Shown: in pieces, positions 49,017-58,884 of the stretch
Numbering within the stretch: the first letter of the stretch is position 1
Layout: each line of letters opens with the position of its first letter
Assembly (NCBI GenBank): GCA_963803805.1
Contig: CAWDOD010000010.1
Coordinates: forward strand, 256,001-320,000
DNA from: an uncultured cyanobacterium
Lineage (GTDB): Bacteria > Cyanobacteriota > Cyanobacteriia > Cyanobacteriales > CAWCAG01
DNA: 64,000 nucleotides
Reading direction: 5' to 3'
Made by a program: the position numbers and the translations under genes
The notes under the pieces: model-generated
Database searches by the model: none
Seen by the model: only the letters and a program-made list of their open reading frames with translations
What the model was told of the DNA's origin: nothing

Positions 49017-50180
49017 TTACTTACCCATACCCAGTTGCTGAGCTTTTTGGTAAACTTTTCCTTCTGTTAATAGAGAGGGGGCAATTATCACTTCAACTTG
49101 CTGCATTTCCTTAATATTTTTCGCTCCTAAAGTTCCCATACTGGTTTTCAGAGCGCCGAGTAAGTTATGAGTGCCATCATCTAGTTTCGCTGGACCAGTA
49201 AGAATTTCTTTTATACTTCCTGTTGTCCCCACATTAATGCGAGTTCCCCGTGGTAAAACAGGACTTGGAGTTGCCATACCCCAATGATAATCTTGACCGG
49301 GGGATTCTGCTGCCCTAGCGATAGGAGAACCAATCATCACCCCGTCAGCACCACAGGCGATACATTTACAAATATCCCCTCCGGTTACAATACCACCATC
49401 AGCTATTACTGGGACATATTTACCTGTTTCTTGGTAAAAATCGTCTCTAGCTGCGGCACAATCTGCTGTTGCTGTTGCTTGGGGAACCCCCACACCTAAA
49501 ACACCGCGAGAAGTACAAGCTGCACCAGGCCCAATTCCTACTAACACAGCAGCAGCCCCTGCTTTCATTAAATTCAGGGCAACTTCATAGGTGACGCAGT
49601 TACCTAAAACTACCGGCATCGGCATCTCTCGGCAAAATTGTCCTAAATCTAGAGGTGTTACCGATTCTGGAGAAAGATGAGCTGTTGAAACTACTGTTGC
49701 TTGTATAAAAAGTAAATCTGCCTCAGCAGAGGCGATCGCCTCACCATATTTCATCGCTCCTACAGGAGTAACACTAACGGCGGCAATCCCCCCGGCTTCT
49801 TTAATTTCCTTAATTCTTTGCTTAATCAGTTCTGGCTTGATAGATTCAGCATATAATTCTTGCATCAAACCCACAAACTCGGATTTCCCGACCCCAGCAA
49901 TGCGATTCAATACTGGTTTAGGGTCGCTATAGCGAGTTTGAATGCCTTCTAAGTTAAGCACTCCCATAGCTCCTAATTCCGATAGGAGTGTTGCCATTTT
50001 GACATCCACTACACTATCCATAGCGCTGGCAATAATGGGGATACTTCGCTTAATACCGCCTATTTCCCAGCTAGTGTCAGCTAAATTGGGGTCTAATGTT
50101 CTTAAACCCGGAACTAAAGCAATTTCATCAATTCCGTAGGCTCGACGAGCAGATTTACCCTGACCAATTAAAATATCCAC
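49017..50180 (-). CDS. guaB: IMP dehydrogenase family protein (GuaB3 type, no CBS domains)
   Basis: [29 protein letters not shown]. Confidence 0.92.
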   Translation of the reverse strand: MDILIGQGKSARRAYGIDEIALVPGLRTLDPNLADTSWEIGGIKRSIPIIASAMDSVVDVKMATLLSELGAMGVLNLEGIQTRYSDPKPVLNRIAGVGKSEFVGLMQELYAESIKPELIKQRIKEIKEAGGIAAVSVTPVGAMKYGEAIASAEADLLFIQATVVSTAHLSPESVTPLDLGQFCREMPMPVVLGNCVTYEVALNLMKAGAAAVLVGIGPGAACTSRGVLGVGVPQATATADCAAARDDFYQETGKYVPVIADGGIVTGGDICKCIACGADGVMIGSPIARAAESPGQDYHWGMATPSPVLPRGTRINVGTTGSIKEILTGPAKLDDGTHNLLGALKTSMGTLGAKNIKEMQQVEVIIAPSLLTEGKVYQKAQQLGMGK

Positions 50181-50332
50181 GCTTTTTTTTACCCTATCCC
50201 AAATCTATTAGGATAGGCTATCAAATTTTTGCAGAAATTGGGGATAGGGGTCTAGGTTATTTCTCTATAGGCAACAGAGTCAGACAGAGACAATATTGTC
50301 TGTCAAAAAGAGAAAACTATTCTCGATAAAAA

Positions 50333-50419
50333 CGGAGAGGGAGGGATTCGAACCCTCGTTAAAGTTGCCCCTAAACAGCATTTCCAGTGCTGCGCCTTCA
50401 ACCACTCGGCCACCTCTCC
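50333..50419 (-). tRNA. trnS: tRNA-Ser(GGA)
   Basis: GGAGAGGTGGCCGAGTGG...CAGCA CT GGA AA TGCTG, long variable arm, GGTTCGAATCC, acceptor stem closes; CCA not encoded. Confidence 0.97.
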
Positions 50420-50499
50420 AGGTGGTGTCGCGATTTACTATGATACAACAAGCTTGCTTCTTTATGGGCAATTTAGGAGAAAAACTTTCCTTGGCTCCC

Positions 50500-51168
50500 T
50501 CAATTTCTTTTCCAAGCTAAAGTTAAACCATCGGCGATCGCTAACATACTTATAGTTACTCTGGTATCTTTATGAAGCTTCTTATTAAAAGCACCGATGG
50601 CTAAGGTTTGAGGATCTTGAACTTCAGCATCGGCAACCTTCCCTGCCCAAAGTACATTATCAATGGCAATGATTCCCCCTGCTCGTAGTAGTTGCAGAGA
50701 TTTTTCGTAATAAATATCGTAATTTCTTTTATCAGCATCAATAAAAACGAAATCAAAGCTCCCTGCCTCTCCTAAGTCGAGGAGTTGTTGCAAAGTTTCT
50801 AAAGCTGGGGCTAGGCGTAAGTCTATTTTGTGGTTAACTCCTGCTTGTTGCCAATAATGCTGGGCAATGGCGGTGGATTCTTCATTAACATCGCAGGCGA
50901 TTACTTTACCATCAGCAGGTAAAGCCAGGGCAACACATAAAGAACTGTAACCTGTAAACACACCAATTTCTAAGGTTTTCTTTGCCCCTAAAAGCTGCAC
51001 TAACAAAGCCATAAATTGACCTTGTTCAGGAGCTATTTGCATCCTAGACCCAGGCAGCTTAGCAGTTTCTTGGCGCAGTTGAGTAAGAACTTTGGCTTCC
51101 CGCAAAGAAACAGAAAGTAGGTATTCATAAAGGCGATCACTAATACCGAGGTTTTTATTATTTGTCAT
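50500..51168 (-). CDS. SAM-dependent O-methyltransferase (CCoAOMT-like)
   Basis: LEIGVFTGYS, FIDADK, IDNVLW. Confidence 0.93.
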   Translation of the reverse strand: MTNNKNLGISDRLYEYLLSVSLREAKVLTQLRQETAKLPGSRMQIAPEQGQFMALLVQLLGAKKTLEIGVFTGYSSLCVALALPADGKVIACDVNEESTAIAQHYWQQAGVNHKIDLRLAPALETLQQLLDLGEAGSFDFVFIDADKRNYDIYYEKSLQLLRAGGIIAIDNVLWAGKVADAEVQDPQTLAIGAFNKKLHKDTRVTISMLAIADGLTLAWKRN

Positions 51169-51176
51169 TGTTTGCT

Positions 51177-51308
51177 TTATTTAGGTTGCCAAAAATCTTC
51201 TGATTTAGGACGACTATCGTATTCCTTGATTGAAGCCTCAACATCGCAAATGTGTTGATATGCCCATTCTCCCAAAACTGCTAGAGGTTTGGCTAATGAT
51301 TCTCCTAT
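51177..51308 (-). pseudogene. 3' remnant of an HxlR-family transcriptional regulator
   Basis: Frame reads GESLAKPLAVLGEWAYQHICDVEASIKEYDSRPKSEDFWQPK*, preceded directly by an in-frame TAA with no start codon. Confidence 0.55.
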
Positions 51309-51405
51309 TTAACAAAAATGATTTATTGTCTTCATAATAAGACGGCTTTTCCTTTAGTTAACTTACTAACTTACTAGGTTTAGAGAAATTTAGAAAATAA
51401 GCTAG

Positions 51406-51455
51406 TTTTCCACAGAAATCTTTAATTTTCCACAGATTTCCTTGACTTTTCCACA
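51406..51455 (+). promoter_or_regulatory. Three phased DnaA-box-like 9-mers TTTTCCACA
   Basis: Exact copies at 51406, 51426 and 51447 in an AT-rich intergenic region. Confidence 0.6.
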
Positions 51456-51530
51456 AGCTGACCCTTTCTAATAAGTTTAAGGGATGAGAAAATAACAAAA
51501 GAAGAAAATCAACTTATTACCTATTGCTTA

Positions 51531-52511
51531 TCACTTATTATTTTCCTGCGGCACTCCACTAACTTTAAGAACATCCCTAAAAGTGGGACAATAAGTGGGC
51601 AAACCAAAGGTAGAAGGGTTAACAGGATTTTGATAGTTGAAGTGACGGTATTGCAAACTGAAACGGTCCCAAGCTGCCATTTGGATGTTGAATATTTTAA
51701 TGAAAATATTCGCTAACCATAGGGGTAAAGGAATACGGAAATAAATTTTCTGCCCCACATAGGCGCAAAATTGTTCTACTGCTTGATTAACAGTGATACA
51801 TTCATTACCCAATACTAATTGTTGCCCAGCAATACCCTCTTTTTCTGCTGCTTCAGGGGGATTGTCAACTAGATAATAGACAACTTTAGCGATATCTTGG
51901 GCATGGATAAAGTGAAAACTACCATCAGCTTTAAACCAACGCACTAAACTAGCCCATTTCGCTACTTCTGGTAGCCCTGAAGAAACATGGGATATGGGTT
52001 TATTTTCGTCTCCTCCTAATACCAAAGTAGGAAAGAGAGTGGTTATTTTGGGGTAAATAGCTAATTTATTTAACTGACGGAAACAATCATATTTTGTACG
52101 GATATAATCTGTTCCCAATTGTCCTGCTTGGGGTAGTAAATTGTTACTACGGTCTAAAATACTTGCTGTGGAAAAATAGATAACCTGCTCGCAAGTTTGA
52201 GGATCGAGCAGGCTTATTAAACGGGTGGTTTTAGCTACGTTAATATCAAAGGATTCTGCGGCTCCTCCCCAGGCTGCGGCAGTGAGGATGGCAACATTGA
52301 CTGTTTTGAGTAATTGAGCAAAACCCTCAATGTCCTGCAAGTCTCCCTGGATCACTCTCACTCCAGGTCGTGTTTCCCAGTCAAAGCCTAGCTTATCGGG
52401 GTTTCTGACAAAGAGGAGTAGTTCGTGTTCTGTGTCTTGGATTAAAGTTTCGGCGATGTAGTGACCAATGCAGCCACTAGCGCCAGTTAGCAAAATCCGC
52501 TTGGGATTCAT
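51531..52511 (-). CDS. NAD-dependent epimerase/dehydratase family protein
   Basis: ILLTGASGCIG, FSTAS, YIRTK; follows hemE. Confidence 0.88.
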   Translation of the reverse strand: MNPKRILLTGASGCIGHYIAETLIQDTEHELLLFVRNPDKLGFDWETRPGVRVIQGDLQDIEGFAQLLKTVNVAILTAAAWGGAAESFDINVAKTTRLISLLDPQTCEQVIYFSTASILDRSNNLLPQAGQLGTDYIRTKYDCFRQLNKLAIYPKITTLFPTLVLGGDENKPISHVSSGLPEVAKWASLVRWFKADGSFHFIHAQDIAKVVYYLVDNPPEAAEKEGIAGQQLVLGNECITVNQAVEQFCAYVGQKIYFRIPLPLWLANIFIKIFNIQMAAWDRFSLQYRHFNYQNPVNPSTFGLPTYCPTFRDVLKVSGVPQENNK

Positions 52512-52586
52512 GGGATTTTAGATTGTGGATTTTAGTAGATTTTAAACCACGCTTTGGTTAAGGTGGTCACCACCCGGATAGAAGTT

Positions 52587-53651
52587 TTAGGCGTGAACGG
52601 CTAAAAGCTGATCTGCTTGTTTCGCAGTTTCAAAGAAGAAGGCCGCGTTTTCTTCTGGAGTTCCCGGTAAGATCCCGTGACCTAAATTGAGAATATGACC
52701 TGTTGGCCCTGCTTTACGGATGGTATCAATGATGCGATCGCGGATAAATTCCTTAGAACCAAATAGTACTCCAGGATCGATGTTACCTTGAACTTTCATG
52801 TCTTTACCAAGGCGCTTTCTGGCATCGGCCATATCTACTGTCCAATCAACACTGACAATATCGGCTCCAGATTGTCCCATGCGTTCTAATACTCCCGCAC
52901 TACCGCTAATGTACATAATAAAAGGAGTGTCAGGGTGAGTTGCTTTCACTTTCCTAATTACTTGTTGATGATAGGGTAAAGCGAAGTTGTCGTAATCTTG
53001 GGGGCTTAGTTGTCCTGCCCAAGAATCAAACATTTGTACCACCTGGGCCCCACAATCAATTTGGTAGCAAACATAGTCGGCGATCGCCTCAGCTATCTTA
53101 CTCAGAAAAGAGTGCAACATGGCTGGTTGAGCAAAGGCCATGTTTTTAATCACAGCATAGTTTTTAGAGCTTTTCCCTTCAATAGCATAAGCTGCTAAAG
53201 TCCAAGGAGCGCCCACAAAACCTAAAACCGCAGCTTCATTACCAACTTCTGAGCGTAGGGTTTGTAAAATTGTTTTGATGAAGGGTAAAGATTCCTCTGG
53301 TTCTAAGGCATGGAGGTTATCAATTTGTTCTTGAGTCCGAATCGGATCAGGGATAATTGGCCCTTTGCTTTCAACAATTTCAAAGGGAATACCTAATCCT
53401 GGTAAAGGAGTGAGGATATCAGAGAACATAATCACCCCATCGGGTCTAAATGCCCGCCAAGGTTGCAAGGAAATTTCAATGGCTAGCTCCGGATTTTCCG
53501 AACGCTCTCGGAAGCTAGGATACTTTTCTCTTAAGTCTCGATAAACTTTCATATAACGCCCCGCCTGACGCATCATCCAAACAGGAGGGCGATCTAATTT
53601 TTCACCACGAGCTGCCCTGAGAAGATAGGGGATTTGGGTTGAACCCACCAT
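52587..53651 (-). CDS. hemE: Uroporphyrinogen decarboxylase
   Basis: [36 protein letters not shown]. Confidence 0.98.
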   Translation of the reverse strand: MVGSTQIPYLLRAARGEKLDRPPVWMMRQAGRYMKVYRDLREKYPSFRERSENPELAIEISLQPWRAFRPDGVIMFSDILTPLPGLGIPFEIVESKGPIIPDPIRTQEQIDNLHALEPEESLPFIKTILQTLRSEVGNEAAVLGFVGAPWTLAAYAIEGKSSKNYAVIKNMAFAQPAMLHSFLSKIAEAIADYVCYQIDCGAQVVQMFDSWAGQLSPQDYDNFALPYHQQVIRKVKATHPDTPFIMYISGSAGVLERMGQSGADIVSVDWTVDMADARKRLGKDMKVQGNIDPGVLFGSKEFIRDRIIDTIRKAGPTGHILNLGHGILPGTPEENAAFFFETAKQADQLLAVHA

Positions 53652-53796
53652 ATAAACTCCACCTTACTATACAAAATATTTTTATTGTATTTGTTAGCTT
53701 ATCATTCGGCTGTTGTTGTTGGTTATTTAAGAAATTATTAGTTGTTTATTCGGGAAAATCAGGTAACACAACTTTACAATTATCAGTTATCAATAA

Positions 53797-54708
53797 TTAA
53801 TGATCAGTGCTTTTCAAAGTTCCTTTATTTCCATCTAACTCTACTAATTGTCCTACTTGTAAAGCAGCGTTAACTCCATCGTGGCCAAAAGGAAGATTGG
53901 CTACTACGGGAATATTTAAGTCTGTTAAGCGATCACGCAACATTTGCCCTACTGTCCAACCGCTTTTTGAGCCTTCACAATCACTAAAACGACCTAAAGC
54001 TATTGCTTTAACCCCTTGAAATGCTCCCATCATTCGCCATTGAGTTAGCATCCTATCTAAGCGATAGGGGGCTTCTCCTACATCTTCAAAGGCGAGGATT
54101 GTACCAGTTAAAGGGGGTTGAAGGGGAGTTCTTAATAGGTTAGTAGCTACGGCCAAGTTGGCAGGTAAGAGGACTCCTGTAGCCTTACCACCCACCCAAC
54201 CTTCCCCGGATAAGGGAGCTAAGGGACGACCTTCTACAGCGTCAAAGAGGCGTTGCCTAGACCATTTTGGTTCCTGTGCCAAGGTGGTTAAAACGGGGCC
54301 ATGAATTGAGGAAACACCGACCGTAGCTAAACTCCACAACAAACCAGTGACATCAGAAAAACCCACCAACCATTTAGGGGTAGTCAGATTATTTTCTGGC
54401 CACCATTGCCAATCTTCCAATAACCTGGTACTACCGTATCCTCCTCTGGCACAAAGGATACCTTGAGATTCTTTTTCTTGCCAAGCTGCTGCTAAACTTT
54501 GGCGACGTTGTAGATCCGTTCCGGCTAAATAACCGTAGCAAGAATCCCAATACTGGCCAAATTCTACTCGATAACCCCGCGATCGCCAAATTTCTACTCC
54601 CTGGTTAAATGCTTCTAATTCTTTTAAAGCACCACAAGGAGCAACGACTCGCAACAAATCTCCTGGTTTGAGAGGAGGGGGAAGAGTTAAACCTTGAACA
54701 TCAAACAT
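53797..54708 (-). CDS. ldcA: LD-carboxypeptidase (peptidase S66)
   Basis: ARGGYG, GFSDVT, FEDVGE, PFGH catalytic triad motifs. Confidence 0.9.
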   Translation of the reverse strand: MFDVQGLTLPPPLKPGDLLRVVAPCGALKELEAFNQGVEIWRSRGYRVEFGQYWDSCYGYLAGTDLQRRQSLAAAWQEKESQGILCARGGYGSTRLLEDWQWWPENNLTTPKWLVGFSDVTGLLWSLATVGVSSIHGPVLTTLAQEPKWSRQRLFDAVEGRPLAPLSGEGWVGGKATGVLLPANLAVATNLLRTPLQPPLTGTILAFEDVGEAPYRLDRMLTQWRMMGAFQGVKAIALGRFSDCEGSKSGWTVGQMLRDRLTDLNIPVVANLPFGHDGVNAALQVGQLVELDGNKGTLKSTDH

Positions 54709-54824
54709 TAAACATAGACGTATTATTGAATTGGTTAAAATAAGCTGTGAATCTTATAGGTGTAACACTTTCGCAAACTCCACTCCCCATTCCCTCACTC
54801 CCTAACCTAAATAAGTAATTTTTT

Positions 54825-55982
54825 ATGCCTGACAGCTTTATGTCAAATCCCCAAGCTCCTCAACAACAACCCCTTGCTGATCTTACTCCAGAAGAAGAAG
54901 ATTACTTTGAATATTTCTTTGATAAACCTGGAAGTGAACCAGGAACACTCCGTATTGATCCTGATGCCAAGCCTTCTTTTATTGTTTTAATTGACTACAA
55001 CCTTAACCAAGCCATTCGTAAAGTTAATCTTTCCCCTTCTGAATGTATCAACTATCGAGAAGCAACCTCAGTTTCTTGGGTTGATATTCAAGGTTTGGGT
55101 AGCGAGGATGTTTTAAAACAGCTTGGAGAAATCTTTGAGTTACATCCTTTACTTCTAGAAGATGTGGTTAATGTTCCTCAACGCCCCAAAGTAGAAGACT
55201 ACAATGAGCAGTTGATTATTATTGCTCAAATGGTCATGCCAAAATCTGATGAAGAAGGTTTTGATAGTGAACAGGTTAGTTTTATTTTAGGTAAACATTA
55301 CCTACTTACCTTTCAAGAAGAACCAGAACGTGACTGTTTCAATTATGTACGCGATCGCCTGCGTTCTGGCAAGGGTAAAGTCCGTCAATTAGGTGCTGAC
55401 TATCTTGCTTATGCTTTATTAGACTCAATTATTGATGGTTTTTTTCCGGTGTTAGAAGATTATGGCGAAAGGATTGAAGCCCTAGAAGATGAGGTGGTAC
55501 TTAACCCTAGTCGCCGTACTCTGGCCAAAATCTATGATGTGCGACGAGAATTATTAGCCTTGCGTCGAGCAATTTGGCCCCAACGCAATGCGATTAATTC
55601 CTTAATTCGCGATAGAAATCAGCTTATTAGTTCAGAAGTACAAATTTATTTTCGTGATTGTTATGACCACATCATTCAATTATTGGATATTGTCGAAACC
55701 TATAGAGAGTTGTCTTCTGGTTTAATGGATGTTTATATGTCTTCAGTTAGTAATAAAATGAATGAGGTGATGAAAGTATTGACGGTAATTTCTACTATTT
55801 TCATTCCTCTTTCGTTTTTAGCCGGAGTTTATGGTATGAACTTTAGCTATATACCAGAATTAAGTTATAAATGGAGTTATTTTATTTTTTGGGGTGTGAT
55901 CATCATCATTTCTACGAGCTTAGTTTCTTTGTTTTGGCGACAAGGTTGGTTTGAAAACTTTTATAAAATTGAAGATGATTGA
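54825..55982 (+). CDS. corA: Magnesium/cobalt transporter CorA
   Basis: LHPLLLED, QRPK, NEVMKVLT, YGMNF. Confidence 0.96.
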   Translation: MPDSFMSNPQAPQQQPLADLTPEEEDYFEYFFDKPGSEPGTLRIDPDAKPSFIVLIDYNLNQAIRKVNLSPSECINYREATSVSWVDIQGLGSEDVLKQLGEIFELHPLLLEDVVNVPQRPKVEDYNEQLIIIAQMVMPKSDEEGFDSEQVSFILGKHYLLTFQEEPERDCFNYVRDRLRSGKGKVRQLGADYLAYALLDSIIDGFFPVLEDYGERIEALEDEVVLNPSRRTLAKIYDVRRELLALRRAIWPQRNAINSLIRDRNQLISSEVQIYFRDCYDHIIQLLDIVETYRELSSGLMDVYMSSVSNKMNEVMKVLTVISTIFIPLSFLAGVYGMNFSYIPELSYKWSYFIFWGVIIIISTSLVSLFWRQGWFENFYKIEDD

Positions 55983-56042
55983 AATTTAGGTAATTAATAG
56001 AACTTTAGCTTTAAATTATCGCACTATTTCTGACTAAAAGTA

Positions 56043-56681
56043 ATGAATGACAGGTATTGGAATTTACTTATCGTAGTTGTTTATCTAATTTGTATTATTC
56101 TTGTTTTTTATCAAGTTGCTCAATCTTTAGATAAATATGTCGGTGTAAGGGCAGATAAAGAAGACATTGACCAGAATATCGCTAAAAAGAAGTTAGAAGA
56201 TACAATTGATCTCAAGTTTGCTCTTCCTGATATGCGGGAAATGGACAAATTTCGAGACATTGGTATTGTTATTCAAAATCTGTCTCCTACTCGTTCTTTG
56301 GCCATAAACTGGCAGCAAAGTACCTTGTCTAATCTCAAAGGGAAATCTCAACGAGTAATTAGAGAAGTACCAGGGATGAAGATTGATCTTTCCCAACCCC
56401 AAACCTTTACTACGGTGGGGCCAAGTCAAAACATTGCTGCAAAGATTACTACAGAAACAACCCTCAAACCTGGTTCAGAAGGTTCTTTGGAATTAGCTAA
56501 ACCTTTGTTTAGTCCCGAAGAATTAAAAAGCCTTCCGGAAGAAGGTGGGGAGTTTAAACTAAACTTAAGTATCCAAGTATCTGGGCCAGGAGAAAAAGCG
56601 GGAAAAGGGACTGTTTATGTTATTCCTTGCAGATTTATTGTCTCCAAAACGCCAAGGACGAAGGTGGCTTATTGGCATTAA
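56043..56681 (+). CDS. Hypothetical protein with N-terminal TM helix
   Basis: 212-aa ORF; hydrophobic residues 6-26. Confidence 0.65.
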   Translation: MNDRYWNLLIVVVYLICIILVFYQVAQSLDKYVGVRADKEDIDQNIAKKKLEDTIDLKFALPDMREMDKFRDIGIVIQNLSPTRSLAINWQQSTLSNLKGKSQRVIREVPGMKIDLSQPQTFTTVGPSQNIAAKITTETTLKPGSEGSLELAKPLFSPEELKSLPEEGGEFKLNLSIQVSGPGEKAGKGTVYVIPCRFIVSKTPRTKVAYWH

Positions 56682-56703
56682 GAAGGGAGTGGGGAGTAAC
56701 AGA

Positions 56704-56738
56704 TAGCAACTAGCAACTAGCAACTAGCAACTAGCAAC
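56704..56738. repeat. Heptamer tandem repeat (TAGCAAC)5
   Basis: Five perfect copies between convergent genes. Confidence 0.85.
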
Positions 56739-58261
56739 TAGCCATTATCAATTACTTCCTGTCTTTTCAAGTTCAAAGTATAGCCCCGTAAATCTGCTGC
56801 TACTTCATTGGAAAGTAGATAGGCTCCGATTAGGTTAGGAAAAGACATGGCGAATAACATTGCGTCGCTAAAATCAAGTACTGAGGCAGGGTTGCTGACA
56901 GAGCCGACAAAGATAGCCATTAAGAATAAAATTTTATAGACAATTACGCTGCTTTCACCAAAGCGAGAACTAAATAGATAGTCCCAAGCCTTTTCTCCGT
57001 AGTAACTCCAGGAAATCATTGTGGAGAAAGCGAAGAAGAAAACCGAGATAGAAAGTAAGATGGGGAACCAGTCAATTACTGTACCAAAAGCAACGGAAGT
57101 TAATGCTGCCCCGGCACTATCTTCTACTAAAGCAGCATTGGCAGGATCGTTATAAACTCCGGTGATAATAATTACCAAAGCCGTCATGTTACAAACAACT
57201 ACTGTGTCGATAAAAGGTTCTAGTAAAGCAACTAAACCTTCTTTGATAGGCACATCAGTTTTAGCGGCGGAGTGGGCGATGGCGGCGGAACCAAGCCCTG
57301 CTTCATTAGAAAAAGTAGAACGCCTTAAACCTTGTACCATCACCCCAATAAAGCCCCCAGCTACAGCTTGTCCTGAAAAAGCCCCTTGAAAAATAGCGGC
57401 GATCGCATTAGGAAATTCACTAATATTACTAAAAATAATCCATACCGAAGCGAGGACATAAAGAATACACATAATAGGAACAATGGTTCCTGCAACTTGA
57501 CCAATGCGGCGAATACCACCAATAATGACCATTCCTACCAAACCAGCTAAGATTAAGCCGTAAAGCCAGCCCCTCCCTTCAAATAAGGGTACAACTTCAG
57601 AAACCGCCACAAAAGACTGTTTGGCTTGGAACATATTCCCGCCGCCAAAAGCCCCACCAATACAAGCAACGGCAAAAATAACTGCTAAAACTTTACCTAA
57701 CGCCCTTTGTCCTAATCTGGCTAAACCTTGGGACAAATAATACATACCGCCCCCAGAAATACTACCATCAGGTTTGACGACTCGATATTTCTGACCGAGG
57801 GTGCATTCCACAAATTTACTACTCATCCCCAACAAGCCCCCCAGAGTCATCCAAAAACTAGCCCCAGGACCCCCAACGCTAATAGCGATCGCAACTCCGG
57901 CAATGTTACCTAAACCGACGGTAGCAGACAGCGCCGCAGCAAGGGCTTGGAAATGAGAAACTTCTCCTGGTGAATTAGGATCATCGTATTTTCCCCGGAC
58001 AATATTGATGGCGTGGCCAAACATTCGCACATTAACAAATTTCATGCGAATGGTGAAGAAAATTGCTGCAACTAGCAGCCAAAGAACAATTAGAGGAAAA
58101 CCACCAATTTCAAAGAAGAGAATGGCAAAAAGGACTTCAGTTACTTGAGAAAAAACTTGATCAATACCGCTAAGAAAAGCATTCCCTGTTTCTTTCTCTT
58201 GGGCTAGTACAACAGTAGGAATCAAACAAAATAAGCTCGCTAATAGCCAGGATCGCTTCAT
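56738..58261 (-). CDS. agcS: Alanine/glycine:cation symporter
   Basis: ATVGLGNIAGVA, GGPGASFWM, FSNEAGLGS, EPFIDT. Confidence 0.93.
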   Translation of the reverse strand: MKRSWLLASLFCLIPTVVLAQEKETGNAFLSGIDQVFSQVTEVLFAILFFEIGGFPLIVLWLLVAAIFFTIRMKFVNVRMFGHAINIVRGKYDDPNSPGEVSHFQALAAALSATVGLGNIAGVAIAISVGGPGASFWMTLGGLLGMSSKFVECTLGQKYRVVKPDGSISGGGMYYLSQGLARLGQRALGKVLAVIFAVACIGGAFGGGNMFQAKQSFVAVSEVVPLFEGRGWLYGLILAGLVGMVIIGGIRRIGQVAGTIVPIMCILYVLASVWIIFSNISEFPNAIAAIFQGAFSGQAVAGGFIGVMVQGLRRSTFSNEAGLGSAAIAHSAAKTDVPIKEGLVALLEPFIDTVVVCNMTALVIIITGVYNDPANAALVEDSAGAALTSVAFGTVIDWFPILLSISVFFFAFSTMISWSYYGEKAWDYLFSSRFGESSVIVYKILFLMAIFVGSVSNPASVLDFSDAMLFAMSFPNLIGAYLLSNEVAADLRGYTLNLKRQEVIDNG

Positions 58262-58453
58262 AATTATCAGATTATAGGTTTAGCAATTAATTGAGTTTAA
58301 ACCAAATCAGGTTGTGTAACAGCTTATTAGGGGGAGAATACTTTTGTTTCTTAACTACCGGAAAATCTTCTAGGATTGCTTCTGATGCCAACTCCCAGCC
58401 GAAATTGGTATTTTTTAATACAGCTTTGAGCATGAAGGATACTTTTTGTTATA

Positions 58454-58774
58454 TTATTTCTTGGAACTTCTAAACCTTTGAGTTGCTAGAATTTCAAACC
58501 CCTTGAACTTCTGCAAAGGCATTTCTTTAATCGCCACTATCTCGACTTCTGCTGCTGGTGATCCTTGATGGAACCACTGCACCATTTCATTAACTTGAAG
58601 AGAATCTCCCTCGACCATAGCCTCTACCTGACCATTAGTTAAGTTACGAACCCAGCCTACCAAACCCAGTGCCTGTGCCTTTTTTTGAGTTGTATAGCGA
58701 TAGCCTACCCCTTGTACTCGTCCTGAAATTAAAGCATGGAAACAAACCGTGGAGTCTAAATTTTTATTATTCAT
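58454..58774 (-). CDS. acyP: Acylphosphatase
   Basis: GRVQGVGYR, GWVRN; start taken at MNNKN (58774). Confidence 0.92.
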   Translation of the reverse strand: MNNKNLDSTVCFHALISGRVQGVGYRYTTQKKAQALGLVGWVRNLTNGQVEAMVEGDSLQVNEMVQWFHQGSPAAEVEIVAIKEMPLQKFKGFEILATQRFRSSKK

Positions 58775-58884
58775 ATATGGCAGTTTTATTTGAGATGTGA
58801 ACAAAGAATTCAATATTTGAGAGAATTGTCAATAGTCAATGATAAATGTTATAAGCTTGTTTCCTATTTCCTATTCCCTATTTA

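Noticed and set aside
50333-50419. tRNA-Ser as an integration site of an island
   Set aside because: No integrase and no duplicated tRNA 3' end seen in the window
50280-50520. Two short ORFs at 50280-50471 and 50296-50520
   Set aside because: They overlap tRNA-Ser(GGA)
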